From Neoechinorhynchus agilis (lineage: Eukaryota; Animalia; Acanthocephala), in NCBI GenBank assembly GCA_051530055.1, contig CM121341.1, positions 6,798,784-6,862,783 on the forward strand: 64,000 nucleotides of DNA, in the 5' to 3' direction. Position 1 is the first letter of the stretch; every line of letters begins with the position of its first letter. The notes beneath the pieces were generated by a model. The model saw nothing but the letters and a program-made list of their open reading frames with translations, had not been told where the DNA came from and did no database searches. Both the position numbers and the translations under genes were made by a program. Shown here piece after piece: positions 1 to 12,889 of the stretch.

Positions 1-25
1 AGTTTTAAAGTTTAAATACACTTAC

Positions 26-341
26 AGAAGGCTCACATTGCAAGTTTCTCAATGCAGTATTCGCAATGATGAACCCGACTTCATCGGCTGGCCCGTTCAG
101 CATTTTTCTAAAGTACCAATACCCGTCCGATGGTACCTGGATTTCAAGTAAGTCCAATAGCGAAGTCAATTTAACTTACGTTTCCAAACTCAATAAAGGA
201 ATATCGTTTTTGTAGATCGATTGCAACCTTTTTTTCGTCCACTCCTTTGTTGAACCAAACGCAAAAGTCAACAAATCCATCATCTGGGCCCAGTGGAATG
301 GCGGAGGCTACGAAGAAAAGAAAAACGAACAAGAAAAGCAT
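26..341 (-). CDS. 5' end of a secreted protein resembling a proprotein convertase (furin/PC-type) prodomain; continues off the window edge
   Basis: Exon 341-180 (MLFLFVFLFFVASAIPLG signal peptide ... YSFIEFGN), 43-nt GT-AG intron 179-137, exon 136-26 (VPSDGYWYFRK...LRNLQCEPS), then a gtaagt donor. The pattern recalls furin GFLNLGQIFGDYYHF...RLQREPQV. Family call is tentative. Confidence 0.45.
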
Positions 342-442
342 CGCACTTTGATTAACGTAGAGCGTAACTATTTCTAACTCTAGTAGGTGTATTCTTGTTT
401 TCAAATTGACTTGTTTAGTAGCAAACTAGTTGTCGAAAATCG

Positions 443-1548
443 TTACCTCATCTGTGAGCACAAAATATTTTTTAAAATTAATAAGTGAGTTTTGAAGTGC
501 CTTGGAATGTTCCTAATATGCTTGCTGAAACGATATTGCTGCCTATTCTGAACATTTGGGTTCACTAGAGAAACGATATTATTTTTAAAAACATCGAAAT
601 TCAATTCTTTAACAATATGCCAAAAAAGACATGGCAATTTTTTGAACAAATCATCTTCCTTTTTAAATTAGAAAGCATCATCCAGTGAACCGATACCTTC
701 TCTCAACTTGCGTTCGATTTTCTTTAAAACATTGGACAAAATAAAACTAACTATGTCGGGGACACCACCACGATTGTCGTGTTTCCTATCACCGATTTTC
801 CTATGTAAGTTATCTATAAAGCTTATAAGCTCCTCATCATTACCATTTGGCTGCTTTTTTTGAAAACATTCTATCACATTCACATCAATAACAAAAGAAG
901 ACTCTAAAGACCTTCCTGTCCTACCCACCACGTCCGCCTTTACCATTTCAGGGGCAACAGGTTTGCCAAACTGGTATTCTTGGGGAGCAAAAGACGATTT
1001 ATCCACAATGCTCGTTTTCATTGAATCTGCAGTCGAAGGTTTCTTTAAACGGTTCACGGTATTGTCGATGTGGTAACGATTTTCTCTAATGTAGCTGCGA
1101 ACCTGTGTATTGAGCTCAATAAAGTTCCTATTTTTATATTCACTTAATTGATCGCTTAAATATTCATCGGTGACTAATTCAATATTCGAGAGTTCTCTTC
1201 GGGGAAGTTGCGACATAACGGAATCTATGCGTTCACCTGTTACCTTCGTCATTTTCTGCAGCGAATGAAGATCTCGACTTTGGAATGGGACGAAACATCT
1301 CCTTAGTCTAGTAAAAGTTTCATCAGGAATTCGATCGCCTTTTTTACGCAGCTCATTTTTATTGTTTGTTTGTATCCTGCATGGATCATTTAATGTACTC
1401 AAATAATGAGTAGTCAGAATTTTGGCTGTGGATTTATGAAGTTCGTTCATCAAAAACTTCTTTTTCCTCTCGGTGATCCGATGCGGCACGCTGAACTTCC
1501 TATCACGGTTTCGTCCTCTGGCTCTATCACCCAGTTTTTCAAGGATGC
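443..1548 (-). CDS. Unknown protein, 3' exons (long basic exon plus a probable final exon)
   Basis: The 273-aa ORF 668-1489 extends in frame up to a tttag acceptor at 1549-1550. A ~42-nt GT-AG intron would join it to ORF 443-649. No family recognised; start not found. Confidence 0.55.
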
Positions 1549-1628
1549 CTAAATATTTTTATTAGGCAAGTTGAAAATTCTATAATGTATCCTGAGAAAG
1601 GTTTTAACATTTTATCGTTAGCCTAAGC

Positions 1629-1969
1629 TTTTTTGATTTTTTAGACGTTGAGGGACACACTCACAATCTTTTATTGAATCCGATATTTCGGCGCCTCACG
1701 CCTTCTTCAAGTTCCTTGATAATCTAAAACACACAAAGGGAGTTCACAAGAGGTTCATGCTCCCTGTCAATTCGTCTCGGCGGTTCAGGTTTTCCCGTTT
1801 GCGGCCGAGATCCCCACTTGCACCCGACCGCACTACCCAATCACAGTTGATCAGCAGGGCTTCCGAGATAGAGAGTTCAATGGGAATCGGGCATAAGATC
1901 CCATTGAACTCCATCGGATTCAATAAAAGATTGTGAGTGTGTCCCTCAACGTCTAAAAAAATCAAAAAA
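1629..1969. repeat. ~55-bp inverted repeat (arms 1629-1683 and 1914-1969) around a ~230-bp spacer
   Basis: ttttttgattttttagacgttgagggacacactcacaatcttttattgaatccga and its near-exact reverse complement. Confidence 0.9.
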
Positions 1970-2143
1970 CCATATACATGAGGATACACAATAAAGAGGC
2001 CTTCAATCAGGTTAGCCTAAGCGTTGTGCAGTCGAACTCACAAGTTACTTTTTAGATTAAAATGCATCATTTGTTATCTGACTATAATAATCGTTCCTGA
2101 AATCAGAAAAAGCGCAAGATACAAGTTTGGTAAGATCTTAACT

Positions 2144-2882
2144 GGTTATTTTATGGCGAAGACATTGAAATGATTTTATTTTAAATCCTTTTGATCAAGG
2201 TTTCGTATAAAGGTGTACAAGATTGTGCCTCCGAAAACAATTGAATTTAAAATAAAACCATTTTAATTTCTTCGCTATAAAACAACCAATATGAACAGTT
2301 CAATCTTCAAACAAGATCTTAAGTATTGACAGATCCAATGATTAATTGTTTACACGGAGATAATATGAAGCGCAATTTTCTAAAATGGAAACTAGAGAAA
2401 TAAAAATATTTGGCTTTCTTAACACTGATTGTTGAGCAACTCGTTAAATTTTTTATCGGTTCTTCGCAAATTAAAATATTGTGATAAAAATTCATAAGGT
2501 CTTACTTGAATGGCAGAAATATTTCATTTAACAACCACCTACAAAGTAATCTATTAAATTGTTTTAATTAGTTATTTGAATGAACTTCATGTAGCCGTGG
2601 AAACAGCAGTACATTCGTTTAAGGAAACGATATCGAGTAGAGCTTCAGTTTTGACAATTGAGGCAAGAGTGTTTACTGAGTAAATATGTTTGAAGATTGA
2701 ACGCGAAGAAATTGAAATGATTTTATTTTAAATCCGATTGTTTTCGGAGGCACAATCAAGGTTGTTTCGCAAAAACTAACAAATTTGCGAAACAACCTTG
2801 ATCAAAAGGCGTACAAGATTGCGCCCCCGAAATATCGGATTTTAAAATAAAATCATTTCAATTTCTTCGCCATAAAACAACA
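2144..2882. mobile_element. Two MITE-like foldback copies (2144-2287, ~2700-2882) of a family also seen at ~52495-52985, ~56750-56870 and ~58090-58250
   Basis: Shared termini gcgaagaaattgaaatgattttattttaaatcc...gattttaaaataaaatcatttcaatttcttcgc and a shared internal tgttttcggaggcacaat; no ORF. Confidence 0.75.
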
Positions 2883-3338
2883 GAGTAAACAGCTGATAGT
2901 CTTTCAAATATTTATCAGTTTAGCCATAATATTGATTTTACATTTTGGTCAGGGATGAAATACGTTTTAATAGAAGAAATATTGCTGGGTGCACTTGTGA
3001 GTAGGTAGCATCATTGCTCTACAAAAGGGGAAAATATTATTAGTGTTTTTGCAAACGCTGCTCTGCAACATTAATGGACTTCTCTCTTATTCTTGACATT
3101 GTGGGAAAAACATTTCGCTTACTCTAGGCAATGAACACTCCTGAAAATCCTAACGTTTTGGCTGTTGCGATTGTTATAAAGTTTTTAAAAATTGCAGCGC
3201 AAATGTCAAGCTCACATTTTCAAATGACCGATTTCCTTTTCGGACCAAATAATATCCAGAATCTCCCATACGTACGGCTGAAAGCGTTGAGAATGGATTA
3301 TAACTAAATCCGAGTCCGAGTGATTCTTAAGAAGTCAT

Positions 3339-3897
3339 ATAACGAATTCGCTCAACACTACTGTTCATAAGTACAATATCGTTTCTTTAAGATGAAAAAT
3401 CAGCATCTTCCCCTATACATATCAGGAATTGTTGAACCCGGGTTCAAACGGGGAAGTCGAGAACTTGGATTTCCAACTGGTATGGAACTTTTTGTTTATG
3501 TGAAGCAAACTTAAGCGTGTGAATGAATCACACACTTAAACGTGAAGTTCCAACGAACCCAGTACTGCAAATCACCATAAAGCGGATTTTATTAAACTTC
3601 ATTTTTCCTTTTTATTTCCGCTAAGATAATATATACGAATTTTAAGGCACTTTTAGGCTCTTAGAACGTTCTATTCCTAGAAGATAAAAATGATTATTTG
3701 ACAATTCTTAAACTCTGTTCAGCCAATTTAGACGATGAATGTGTCCAGGGACTACCGGATAGTTTCGAGGACGGAGTCTATTACGGTTACGCTCGCGTTG
3801 AACGCATAACGAATTCGCTCAACACTACTGTTCATAAGTACAATATCGTTTCTTTAAGATGAAAAATCAGCATCTTCCCCTATACATATCAGGAATT
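3339..3897 (+). pseudogene. RFK: Riboflavin kinase 5' fragment (exon 1, intron, part of exon 2), circularly permuted, with a terminal 92-bp direct repeat
   Basis: ATG at 3392: MKNQHLPLYISGIVEPGFKRGSRELGFPT, phase-1 intron, then ANLDDECVQGLPDSFEDGVYYGYARVE...VHKYNIVSLR, stop at 3860-3862. Matches the RFK motifs GFGRGSKQLGIPTAN and GIYYGWA. 3339-3430 is identical to 3806-3897. No convincing C-terminal exons found. Confidence 0.8.
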
Positions 3898-4748
3898 CTT
3901 GTTGTGTGGGTTTAACCCCGAGAAATATTCTCATTACTTCATATTTCGTGGGCAAAATCCACCTCTTCAGACATCCACAATATTGGTTTATACGGATTAC
4001 CTTAGACTCAGAAGCGCGCCTCATACACGAGTCTTCGCCTCAAGTTAAATTTCATATTCTTTGTTAGTTCTTAAGACTTGATAAAACCAAGGATTCATGG
4101 CAAAATGTTTTCTCATATCTAACCATTCATTTAGACCGATCTTGGAGCGTGGATACGATTGACTGAGTAAACATCCCTGTACAAGATACAATTCGTTAAA
4201 GTTGCGCATAGATCCTTATCGTAAAAAATTTAACCAAGGGAATTTTTTCGAATATTCAGTAATTGCTCATTGGTCAATTCTCAAGTTTTGAAATACAAAT
4301 GTATACGCAATGTTCCGACTTATCATCGAAAATGCTTATAAGAAAGCTCGTTTTCGCATGCTTTTACTTCCTTACAGAATTTTCGAAATAAAATCCTTAT
4401 AGTGTTGCGATTTCGCCAATAGCCATTTCCTCAAAACCATTCTTCAATTTTACGTTTCGTTTAAATAATTTTCTCAAGGATGGGCGTATTTAAGCGATCA
4501 ATTTGTAAAGCCCGTCGACATTATTTTTGTTATGATTTAAGAATTTGTTTTCGCAAGCGATCAGCATGAAAATTGCCATTAGTGTAGAAAAAGGATGTAT
4601 TCATTGAATCACCACAGATAAGCAATTCGAAGAAAAGCGTTTTAGTTAAACGTACCGGCCAATTAAAGTTTCCTTGACAATAAAATGCGACAAAGTCGTT
4701 TACAACTTTTAGAAAAAAGTATTTTTAAAAAACATCTCATATGCGCAT

Positions 4749-7700
4749 TTAGCCAACGTTCATCCCGAATCCAAACTTAAACGCGCCGTTAGCGTGGTTG
4801 GCCAATCCACTAATTATCAAACTGAACGGCAATTGACTAAACCGCTTTTCCATGACTCCACCTACGTTCCAGTTTGAATCAGTGAATGCTAAAGTGTAGT
4901 GTTAACGTTTTGCAGTTCAATCGGATTTGTGTAAAATAACTAAAGTGATACCATTAACAAATTGAAATAAAAACTCTATGGTGCTGTTTTAGTAAAAATC
5001 TTATAGTATTCAATGGGAATGAATTAAAATACAAAATCTTTTGAAATGGTACAGTTGGAGTTTTGGGCATCATAATCCTTTGCAGGATAGAAAATATTTC
5101 ATTAATCATCGAGAGAGCGGGAAAATCTTTTGAGATGATAGAGTTTAAGATGTTGTGCTGGTGGTCATAATCCTGTGCCGAATAGAAAGTATTCTAATCG
5201 ATAAAAATACGTCTTATCCGAGGGGAGGATTACGTAGCCACCACATTTCCAACAAACCATTAATCATCGAGAGGATATAACTCGGGATTGTAAAATTTGA
5301 AAAGTGTTGATCAGAATCCCGGATAAAACATATTCTATTAATCAACAAGAGAAAATCTTTTGAGATGATAGAGTTTAAGATGTTGTGCTGGTGGTCATAA
5401 TCCTGTGCCGAATAGAAAGTATTCTAATGGATAAAAATACGTCTTATCCGAGGGGAGGATTACGTAGCCACCACATTTCCAACAAACCATTAATCATCGA
5501 GAGATATAAGATTGTAAAATTTGAAAAGTGTTGATCAGAATCCGGATAAAACATATTCTATTAATCAACAAGAGAAAATCTTTTGAGATGATAGAGTTTA
5601 AGATGCTGGTCAAATCCTGTGAATAGAAAGTATCTAATGGATCAAAATACGTCTTATCCGAGAGGATTACGTAGCCACCACATTTCCAACAAACCATTAA
5701 TCATCGAGATATAACTCGGGATTGTAAAATTTGAAAAGTGTTGATCAGAATCGCGGATAAAACATATTCTATTAATCAACAAGAGAAAATCTTTTGAGAT
5801 GATAGAGTTCGAAAGGCGATGGTCATAACCCTTTGCCGAATAGAAAGTATTCTAATGGATCAAAATACATTTTATCCGGGGGCCACATCTCCAACAAAGC
5901 ATTAATCAACGAGAGAGAAAATATAATTTGGGATCATCGTAGAGTTGGAAAAATGGTGGTCATAATCCCCGCTCAAATAAAACATATTGAGATATTTCAA
6001 AAGAGGAAGCCTGATTAGTCATCGTTCGAAGGTAGATAACATATTTTAATTTGGATCAAAATACTTTCTATACGGCGGGCATCTCCAGCAGTCAAATATC
6101 CGAGACAACTTTGAGATAATTATCGTAATTTTGATCACGAATTTTGGTTTCGACAAAAAAGGTGATATTTTCGCAAATAGTTGCACAATATAAGGCAAAT
6201 AAACAAATTTGGCTAAATTTGTTTCCTTTTAAACTGCAAGATATGAATTTCGCGTTTTTAAATTTTTGTTCGTCTTTTTCGTGATCAATTTATAAGTTTT
6301 TTCACAATGAGAGGTTCCCTATACTGGCCGAAGACAAATTCACGAATGGTTTTTCTAGCTAACCTTTGAAAGTGCAATCTCCACCTTTGTCCATGTCAAC
6401 TTGATAAGATAAAGTGGCAACGGCGTCATTGGGGCTGGCTTCTAACTCAACACCGAATTGTATTGGACTGAATAGACGTCTATGCCAATAACCGAGATGA
6501 ACCACACCGATCAGCGGGCTTACAGCTCCGGTCCAGCAATTCTCCTTTTCTGGAAAATATATTTTCTTGCTTTGATTTACATTTATAAAACTTACGCCTA
6601 TACCGAGCAGCCAATTGGAACATCCCAGCGTGAATGGATTCAAATTTCGCACTTGGTGCAGCCGCGTAGTTGTGACAATACTCGATACCAGCGTCAATGT
6701 TCTCGGTTATACGTCGTAAATATTGTCCAATGAAGATTCCTTTAAATAATAAAATTATTGCAAAAAAGACGAAAACGTTTTAAACTAATTTATGATTGGT
6801 CAGGGAAGTGCTCGTTTACGGGTTGAAAATATACAGAATTCGCTTAAAAGTGCGTTTTTTACGGGTCTGTGTGGCAATGTTCTCAATTATCTTTTTTGAT
6901 TTATTTTGAAAATTTAAGCAGTTTTAAAACAAATGTAAGTTATTTTTAAAAACCCATATATCGTAGTTTTTGCCACTTTTTTCAGAGACGAAACGTCGGT
7001 GTCAAAAATCACTTAGATTTGTTTTAAAAACCGCTTAAAATAAAAAAAAATAACATGCGTTTGAGAAATCAGTTTACAATTTACACACTAATCTCTAGAT
7101 TTGAAGCTACATTGAAAATAGAGATTAATTTATTGATTCTTTTTTCACACAATATTTCGTTCTTTACGTCAGACCGTAAAAGCAAAATTAATCTCTAATT
7201 CTAATCACTTCTTTAGATGATTAAGTTATGTTTTAGTGGTGGTGGTGGTGGTGGACACTTGGGCTAGAAATTAATGGGGAAACGGACATATTTTCGAGAA
7301 AAACCGAAAAACTGGGCATTCTTGATTTATGATTTGAAGAATTATTGTTTAGATAAGTCTTCATCATTCGATAAATGATTTTTTCGATTTAAAAGACGTT
7401 CTGCGAACCTCATGTTGGCTTCCATAAAAGATTTCTACCCTTTGAAACAAGTCTTCTCGTCGATCTACGAAAGGTTGCCAATGAAAATGAATTCCATGCG
7501 TCTATTACAAACAAAGCGAGATAATCCGACACGAGGTTCTGAGAAGATCTTTTTAATCGATCGCGGATGTAGACTTTGCCTAAACAATAATTTCTTGATT
7601 GAGGAAAAGCGCACAAAAAACAGGCGAGAACCTTGTTGTTTTATAAGATCGACATTGACCAGGTGAAAAGAAGCGGTAGACGTTGGCATTCGATAATCCG

Positions 7701-8224
7701 AGGACAATTGAACGGCATTTGCGTTCTTTTTAGCGATCTAAAAACACAAATGTGTGTGAAAATCGAGCCAAAAAATTGACCTGAACGATCATTTTCGTTC
7801 GTATGCGGTCGTTGAATTGATGAATGATATTGGCGTTCATGTTTCCATTAGCGTCCATATCGCCAATCATCACAGGAAAGATCTCATTTGCACTGTATTG
7901 ATTTGATCCAACATACGATGCACCCCATTTGAACGCATTGAGTCCTCCCATCGATAAACTGTGGTTCACTTGAAAGTGTGAACTAAGCGACTTGGACGCT
8001 GAAAACCGAGCTCCCTCGAAGCAATTTGGTGTCAGTTCTAAACGGATTGTTTATCATTCGCTGGAGCGAGCAAAAAAACCTTTGAATTTTCGGAACAGAT
8101 CCTCAAACGATCCTGGATTGCGACTAAAATCGCCACATGGTTTTTGAATGCCATGCGGAATCATCGGATACGGCGGCAAACGGTCATCGGACGACGCAAC
8201 CGAACCAGATTCTTCAGAACTCAT
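4749..8224 (-). CDS. TOMM40: Mitochondrial import channel TOM40, multi-exon
   Basis: Exons give NPGSFEDLFRKFK, ELTPNCFEG...HFQVNHS, FPVMIGDMDANGNMNANIIHQ, GIFIGQYLRRIT, QFGVELEAS...LSYQVD...FKG, and last exon 4888-4749 AFTDSNWNVGGVMEKRFSQLPFSLIISG...FKFGFGMNVG*. GT-AG introns. Confidence 0.95.
5090..6060. repeat. Tandem ~210-235-bp satellite (~4 units) in the last TOM40 intron; same family as ~43050-44620 (reverse) and ~55810-56680
   Basis: Recurrent gagaaaatcttttgagatgatagagtttaagatg and ccacatttccaacaaaccattaatcatcgag. Confidence 0.9.
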
Positions 8225-9255
8225 CTCGAATAAATAATCTGTGTTGTATTGAAGACGACACAATTTTATTAGGATTCTTACGTATTTAATTTTGAAATTG
8301 AGTACGTAATTTGGTCTGTTTTTATTTACTTTTTTATGTACGCGAAGGCCGAAAATTATCAAAAATAAGCCTCAATTGTTTGATAATTCGCTATGAACAC
8401 GGAGGTTTTTTTTAAAAAATCAAGAGGGTTTCAAAATATCTCAATGATTTTGAGTCTAGAGGGTAATTATCATTTTAAGGGTTTTTTATTCGGATTCGAC
8501 CAAAAAACCATTCAGAGCTGCCCTTTGATCGTATTTCGGATCATAAATCTTTGGGACGCATCGGCAATAAATTAGTCAATTTAAAAAAGGACGTATTGGA
8601 GTTGCGAGCTCTCATGTCTTCTGACAATTTGGTCATATTAATTAAACGGTTTTTGTAGAACATCCCTTATTCGGATTTTTCCTTTAGGCGCTCATGCAAT
8701 CGATATCTTGGATCAGAGAAGTGATTGAATCATTACGATTGCGAGCTTGTACATTTCTTCGGATCCTCAGATACCTCCTGTGGGGGGGAGACGATTTTAA
8801 TCAGTGATTTTATCGTTTTCTCATGTCTTCTGACAATTTGGTTATATTAATTAAACGGTTTTTGTAGAACATCCCTTATTCGGCTGATTTGTTGGGCGGA
8901 AGTGATTAAATCGCTTAAATCCCAATAAATCATACGGTTGCGAGTTTTGAACGCATCTGTCCGTATTCTCAGATGTTGGTTTTGAATCCTTTGACCCACT
9001 TAAGCACTAATTTTAGTTCTTCCTCTCGAAATATCACTATAAAATATTTTTTATCAAGCTTCATTATGATCACTGCAACTCCAACTTTATCATCCTGAAC
9101 GATTTTCTCTTGCAAAGGGATTATTTTGTATTCTTACAAAATTGATCTTCAATCGATTGTATTTGCATCAGTCGTCGATGAACGACAAAACGCGAAATCA
9201 AACTCGGATTTTTCCTTCAACAATTTTTTTAGATATTTGTCGATTTTGATCTTAG

Positions 9256-11099
9256 ATGGATCACAAACCAGGAAAAAAGCGATTTCTTGATTCAGTTTCT
9301 AAGGATCTTCGTGAGAATCGAGTAAAACCTCCAGAAAAGAAGCGCCGTCACACAGTTGGTCCCATTCGCCGGGCCAAAAATGTACACCACTCATATACTC
9401 GACTGGACGACTTCACTTCGAGTTCCAAAGAATTTCTTTGCTCGAACGCTGGCGTTTTGTTCACTGCTGTCATTAGCCCACGGCCATCGGCGACGAGACT
9501 TAAACGAAAAGCGAATTTCGCCGATAACAAAGGGTGTTATTTTGACGAATGCGATTTTGATGATTGTAAGACTGTAAAGACGTTCTTTGACAAATACTGC
9601 GATTCACCTTGCGTGTGGCGTACAGTGGATGAACTTAACGAGTTGGTGGAAAAATTAGATTTGGAACCTGTAGTGGAGAAAAATGGGACTGATCCAAGTG
9701 CACTAAAACCCAATGCTTCAACTGTGTCCAATGAATTTGATAAATTAGAGAAGCTTCTTCAAAACTTCGCGGATAGCGCTTCTCTTTGTGATCAAAAGGA
9801 AAACTTACCAGAAACTGAAATCGAATTACAGACGAATGACGAGTCGCTCAGTGCGCTAACGGATAATAGGAAACGGACTAGTATTGATCAAATGATCATC
9901 AATGATGTCGAAATAGAGAAAAAGGTACGAATAAAAGATTTGGACAGTGCGGAGAATGAACGATTAGAGTCCAAGTCGAGGTATTCCGTTGATACGGACG
10001 CCATAAGGAAGAAGTACGAACTTAAAGCACCCAGTATCTCGGCGCCAAAATATGGAGACAAACTCATAGAACTGTTACAAACGAATTCAAAGAGTTCAAT
10101 TCACGATGAGCTTGATAATGAAAAGTTTAAACATCTGAGATTCATGCAAGTTTACGTGGTAGATGTTAAGGTTGGGTTTTCATAGATTACTTTGAGAGAG
10201 CACAACATGAATCTCAGTAATCAGATTTTAAAAGAACTTGAAATAATTATGGTAAAGTTGAATGGTATTAAGCTCATAGATATACCGAATGACTCCTTTC
10301 AAATCTGTAAGCGGGAACTTCCATTTTACGAACAAACGATCGAGAGCATCAAAATACGCGAGCGAGCGTCGTTAATGGCCAAAAAATTATTTTCACCTTG
10401 GAAATTGACATCGATTGGTTCTTTAGGAAAATTTACAATTTCCTCAGACAATTCTATTGCTTCACTGAACATTGAAACACGTAACAAAGTGGGAACGGAC
10501 TACTTGGATACAAACTTCGAGATTCTGTCTTGCTCAATCGAATTTAACTTAAATGAATTTGATACGTACACTAAGAACGCGTTCAATACTTTCATAGATA
10601 AATCAGGAATTTATGATGTTTTATCCGAACCTCAAGTTAGCGTGAAAGATGTTCAACGTGTTATATTAGAAGTTGACAACGCTTTTCGAAATACCAAGAT
10701 GTTCGTTTCATCGGTCTACGAAAGTTGCAATAAGACAAAATTTGTAAGAATTCTAGAAGATGAACACTGGATCGATATTCTTTTTCGAATAGATAATTAC
10801 TCGTTTGTTTCGGTTCAGTTTGCACTGTCTTCAAGGAAAGATAAAGTGTTTGATTCGGGCATCGTCAAGATCATCGATCTTACTTTAAGGTGAATTCCTT
10901 TGTCGTTTGCGCCTTCTTGTTGTTAAATGCACACCATTCACTATTTAGGTACAATTGGGTTAATGGACTAAAAAAGAAATTAATCGATCTGATCGATGAA
11001 GAAATAAACCGAATTGACGAGTTAGTTTCTATTGATCAAATTGTTTTGCGTGTTGGATCGATCTTGAAGGCCAACGTTAGTGGTACTGGTGATCTTTAA
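9256..11099 (+). CDS. ~590-aa, 3-exon protein with a coiled coil and a C-terminal region resembling the KNL1/Spc105 tandem RWD domain (tentative)
   Basis: ORFs 9256-10185, 10192-10893 and 10890-11099 join through short GT-AG introns. PWKLTSIG..FTISSDNSIASLNI, VQRVILEVDNAFRNTKMF and IDILF..FVSVQFALS loosely parallel the KNL1 C-terminus. The CDS is well supported; the family call is weak. Confidence 0.55.
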
Positions 11100-11189
11100 T
11101 AAAATCTAGTTCGTTCTTACAATTTACTTATTTCGTTACAAATGCACGGGAAATAATATTTAAGTGATTGGAGAATTATTGTTTAGAAG

Positions 11190-11470
11190 TCGTCACCCGC
11201 GGTTGAAGAAGCCGTAAGACGGCAAAAGCCATCGGAAGGTGTTAAAGTTTTCCCGTGGCGAGAATGGAAAAGTCCTTCTCTCGGACGCCGTTCGCAGCCA
11301 TCAACATAAAATTCGCCACTATTAAACCAGAGGGGAAGCAGCAACCGCCGCTGAGGATCGCAAAAAGACCAAATACAGGGCCATTTGGTAGCGCGGCTTA
11401 AGAACTGGTCAATCAATTGTCGAAAAGAGATTGAGACGAATCACTGTCGATCCAAGAACTCCTCCTAGAA
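11190..11470 (+). mobile_element. Degenerate 3' fragment of an RLE-type (CRE-like) non-LTR retrotransposon
   Basis: Frameshifted DGK..EGVKVFPW.ENGKVLLSDA and EAATAAEDRKKTKY, matching the endonuclease region of the other copies. Confidence 0.65.
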
Positions 11471-12029
11471 AACAAGTCTGGCTAGGGGAAGGCTGTCTCC
11501 CTTCCATTCAACCGTTACAGTGAATGGTCTAACTTGTTATATAAAAATCTTTAAAAAGTTTAATTATTTCGGCATTGAAAAAACTGAAGCTTTGTGACTC
11601 AACTGAGTCTCTGGTATTATGAAATTAACTGAGAAAACATTGTGAAATAGCATATAATAAATGCAAGATTACATAACAATATTTTACTTCTTTGCTATGT
11701 GGTTTGTCGAATGAATTGGTCACTATTTCCATATCGATAAGGAACATTTTCCGTTGGATGCTTTTTTTGAACTAAAGGTTAAGTCATTCAAACCAAATGC
11801 CTAATTGATTAAGTCTTGAGTTATCCACTTTACCTTTTCATGTTATATAGTCAAAAGCGCCTAAAATAATGCATGACAGAAGATTGTTATAAACTAAAGA
11901 CCAATTCGAAGCTTGTGGATGCGATATATCGATGATGCTTTCATCATTATGGATTTTACAAGTACGATTGGAGAACGTCCGATTATGAGTAGTCTAAGCA
12001 CAACATTTTAATTATCCCGATGCGCTTCA

Positions 12030-12720
12030 TCGTCCAAATGACTACCATTGAAATTAACCCGGAGTGAGCAGGTATTAAAGTTGCATCATTCCTTCTTCCA
12101 ATGAGATTCTCATGTTAAATTCCTTTACTCTCTCTCCTCCCAGTCTAAACTCTTCTTATACGCCGACCATATCATCCTCATCACTCATTCACCACTCCAA
12201 ATCTCCCTCTCCTTAACCTCTAATGAAATCACATACATAAAAAATGTATGAACCAATCACAAACTCCACCTGAATTTCTCTAAGTGCTTCGAAATAATCC
12301 TCTCAATCTCCCGTAACCCAACATCCTCCTCCTCAGCTTCTAAATGGCATCCTACGAGTAACCTCCCCTCAGAATTCTGGGTCTCTAGTTTCAATCAAAC
12401 TTGAAATTGGTCTCGCATTTTACACTTTCTCTCAAACGCAATACCATTAAAATCTATTTTCTCAAACGCCTCCGACATTTAGAAATCCCTTCACCCTATC
12501 TCTACAAATTTTACGTCAGTTTTATTTTACCTTCCCTAATGGATATCCCGTCTTTTGCAGCCTAACCAAATTTCAATTTCGTCGCCTTGAAATGTTTCAT
12601 AAAAGAGCGTCTAAAATTTGCAAAGCTAATTTTCGCTCTCACCGAATGCCTTTCATAAAACGTCTATAAACCCTTGAACCACAATTTTTACCACATTTTA
12701 TTCCCATTTTCACGCGAGAA
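12030..12720 (+). mobile_element. Degenerate CR1/L2/Jockey-type LINE reverse transcriptase 3' fragment
   Basis: SKLFLYADHIILI (decayed YADD), then NHKLHLNFSKCFEIILS; C-rich composition; stops and frameshifts. Confidence 0.65.
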
Positions 12721-12889
12721 CAACATTCGTAATCCTAATTCGTTTCATTCTCCCTGAGGACCCAAAGGTACATGGGTCCTCTCCTTTGTGAATCTACAAA
12801 TAAAACGAGTTATTACAACGCTCTTTTGGGCCTTGAAAGATACAAGACAGATACATTTCGCATTTAAAGATTGAATACGAAGACATTTA

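Noticed and set aside
1744-1989. ORF as the TOM40 last exon (LCPIPIELSIS)
   Set aside because: The true last exon is at 4888-4749, so RFK is not nested in TOM40.
3854-3862. Alternative genetic code (AGA TGA read as Gly-Trp) rescuing RFK
   Set aside because: Other genes here end in TGA (profilin, Tweety, NFX1) and use TGG for Trp; the duplication junction explains the sequence.
7237-7255. (GTG)n tract, and (TTG)n near 63437
   Set aside because: Ordinary short microsatellites; no telomeric or functional signature.
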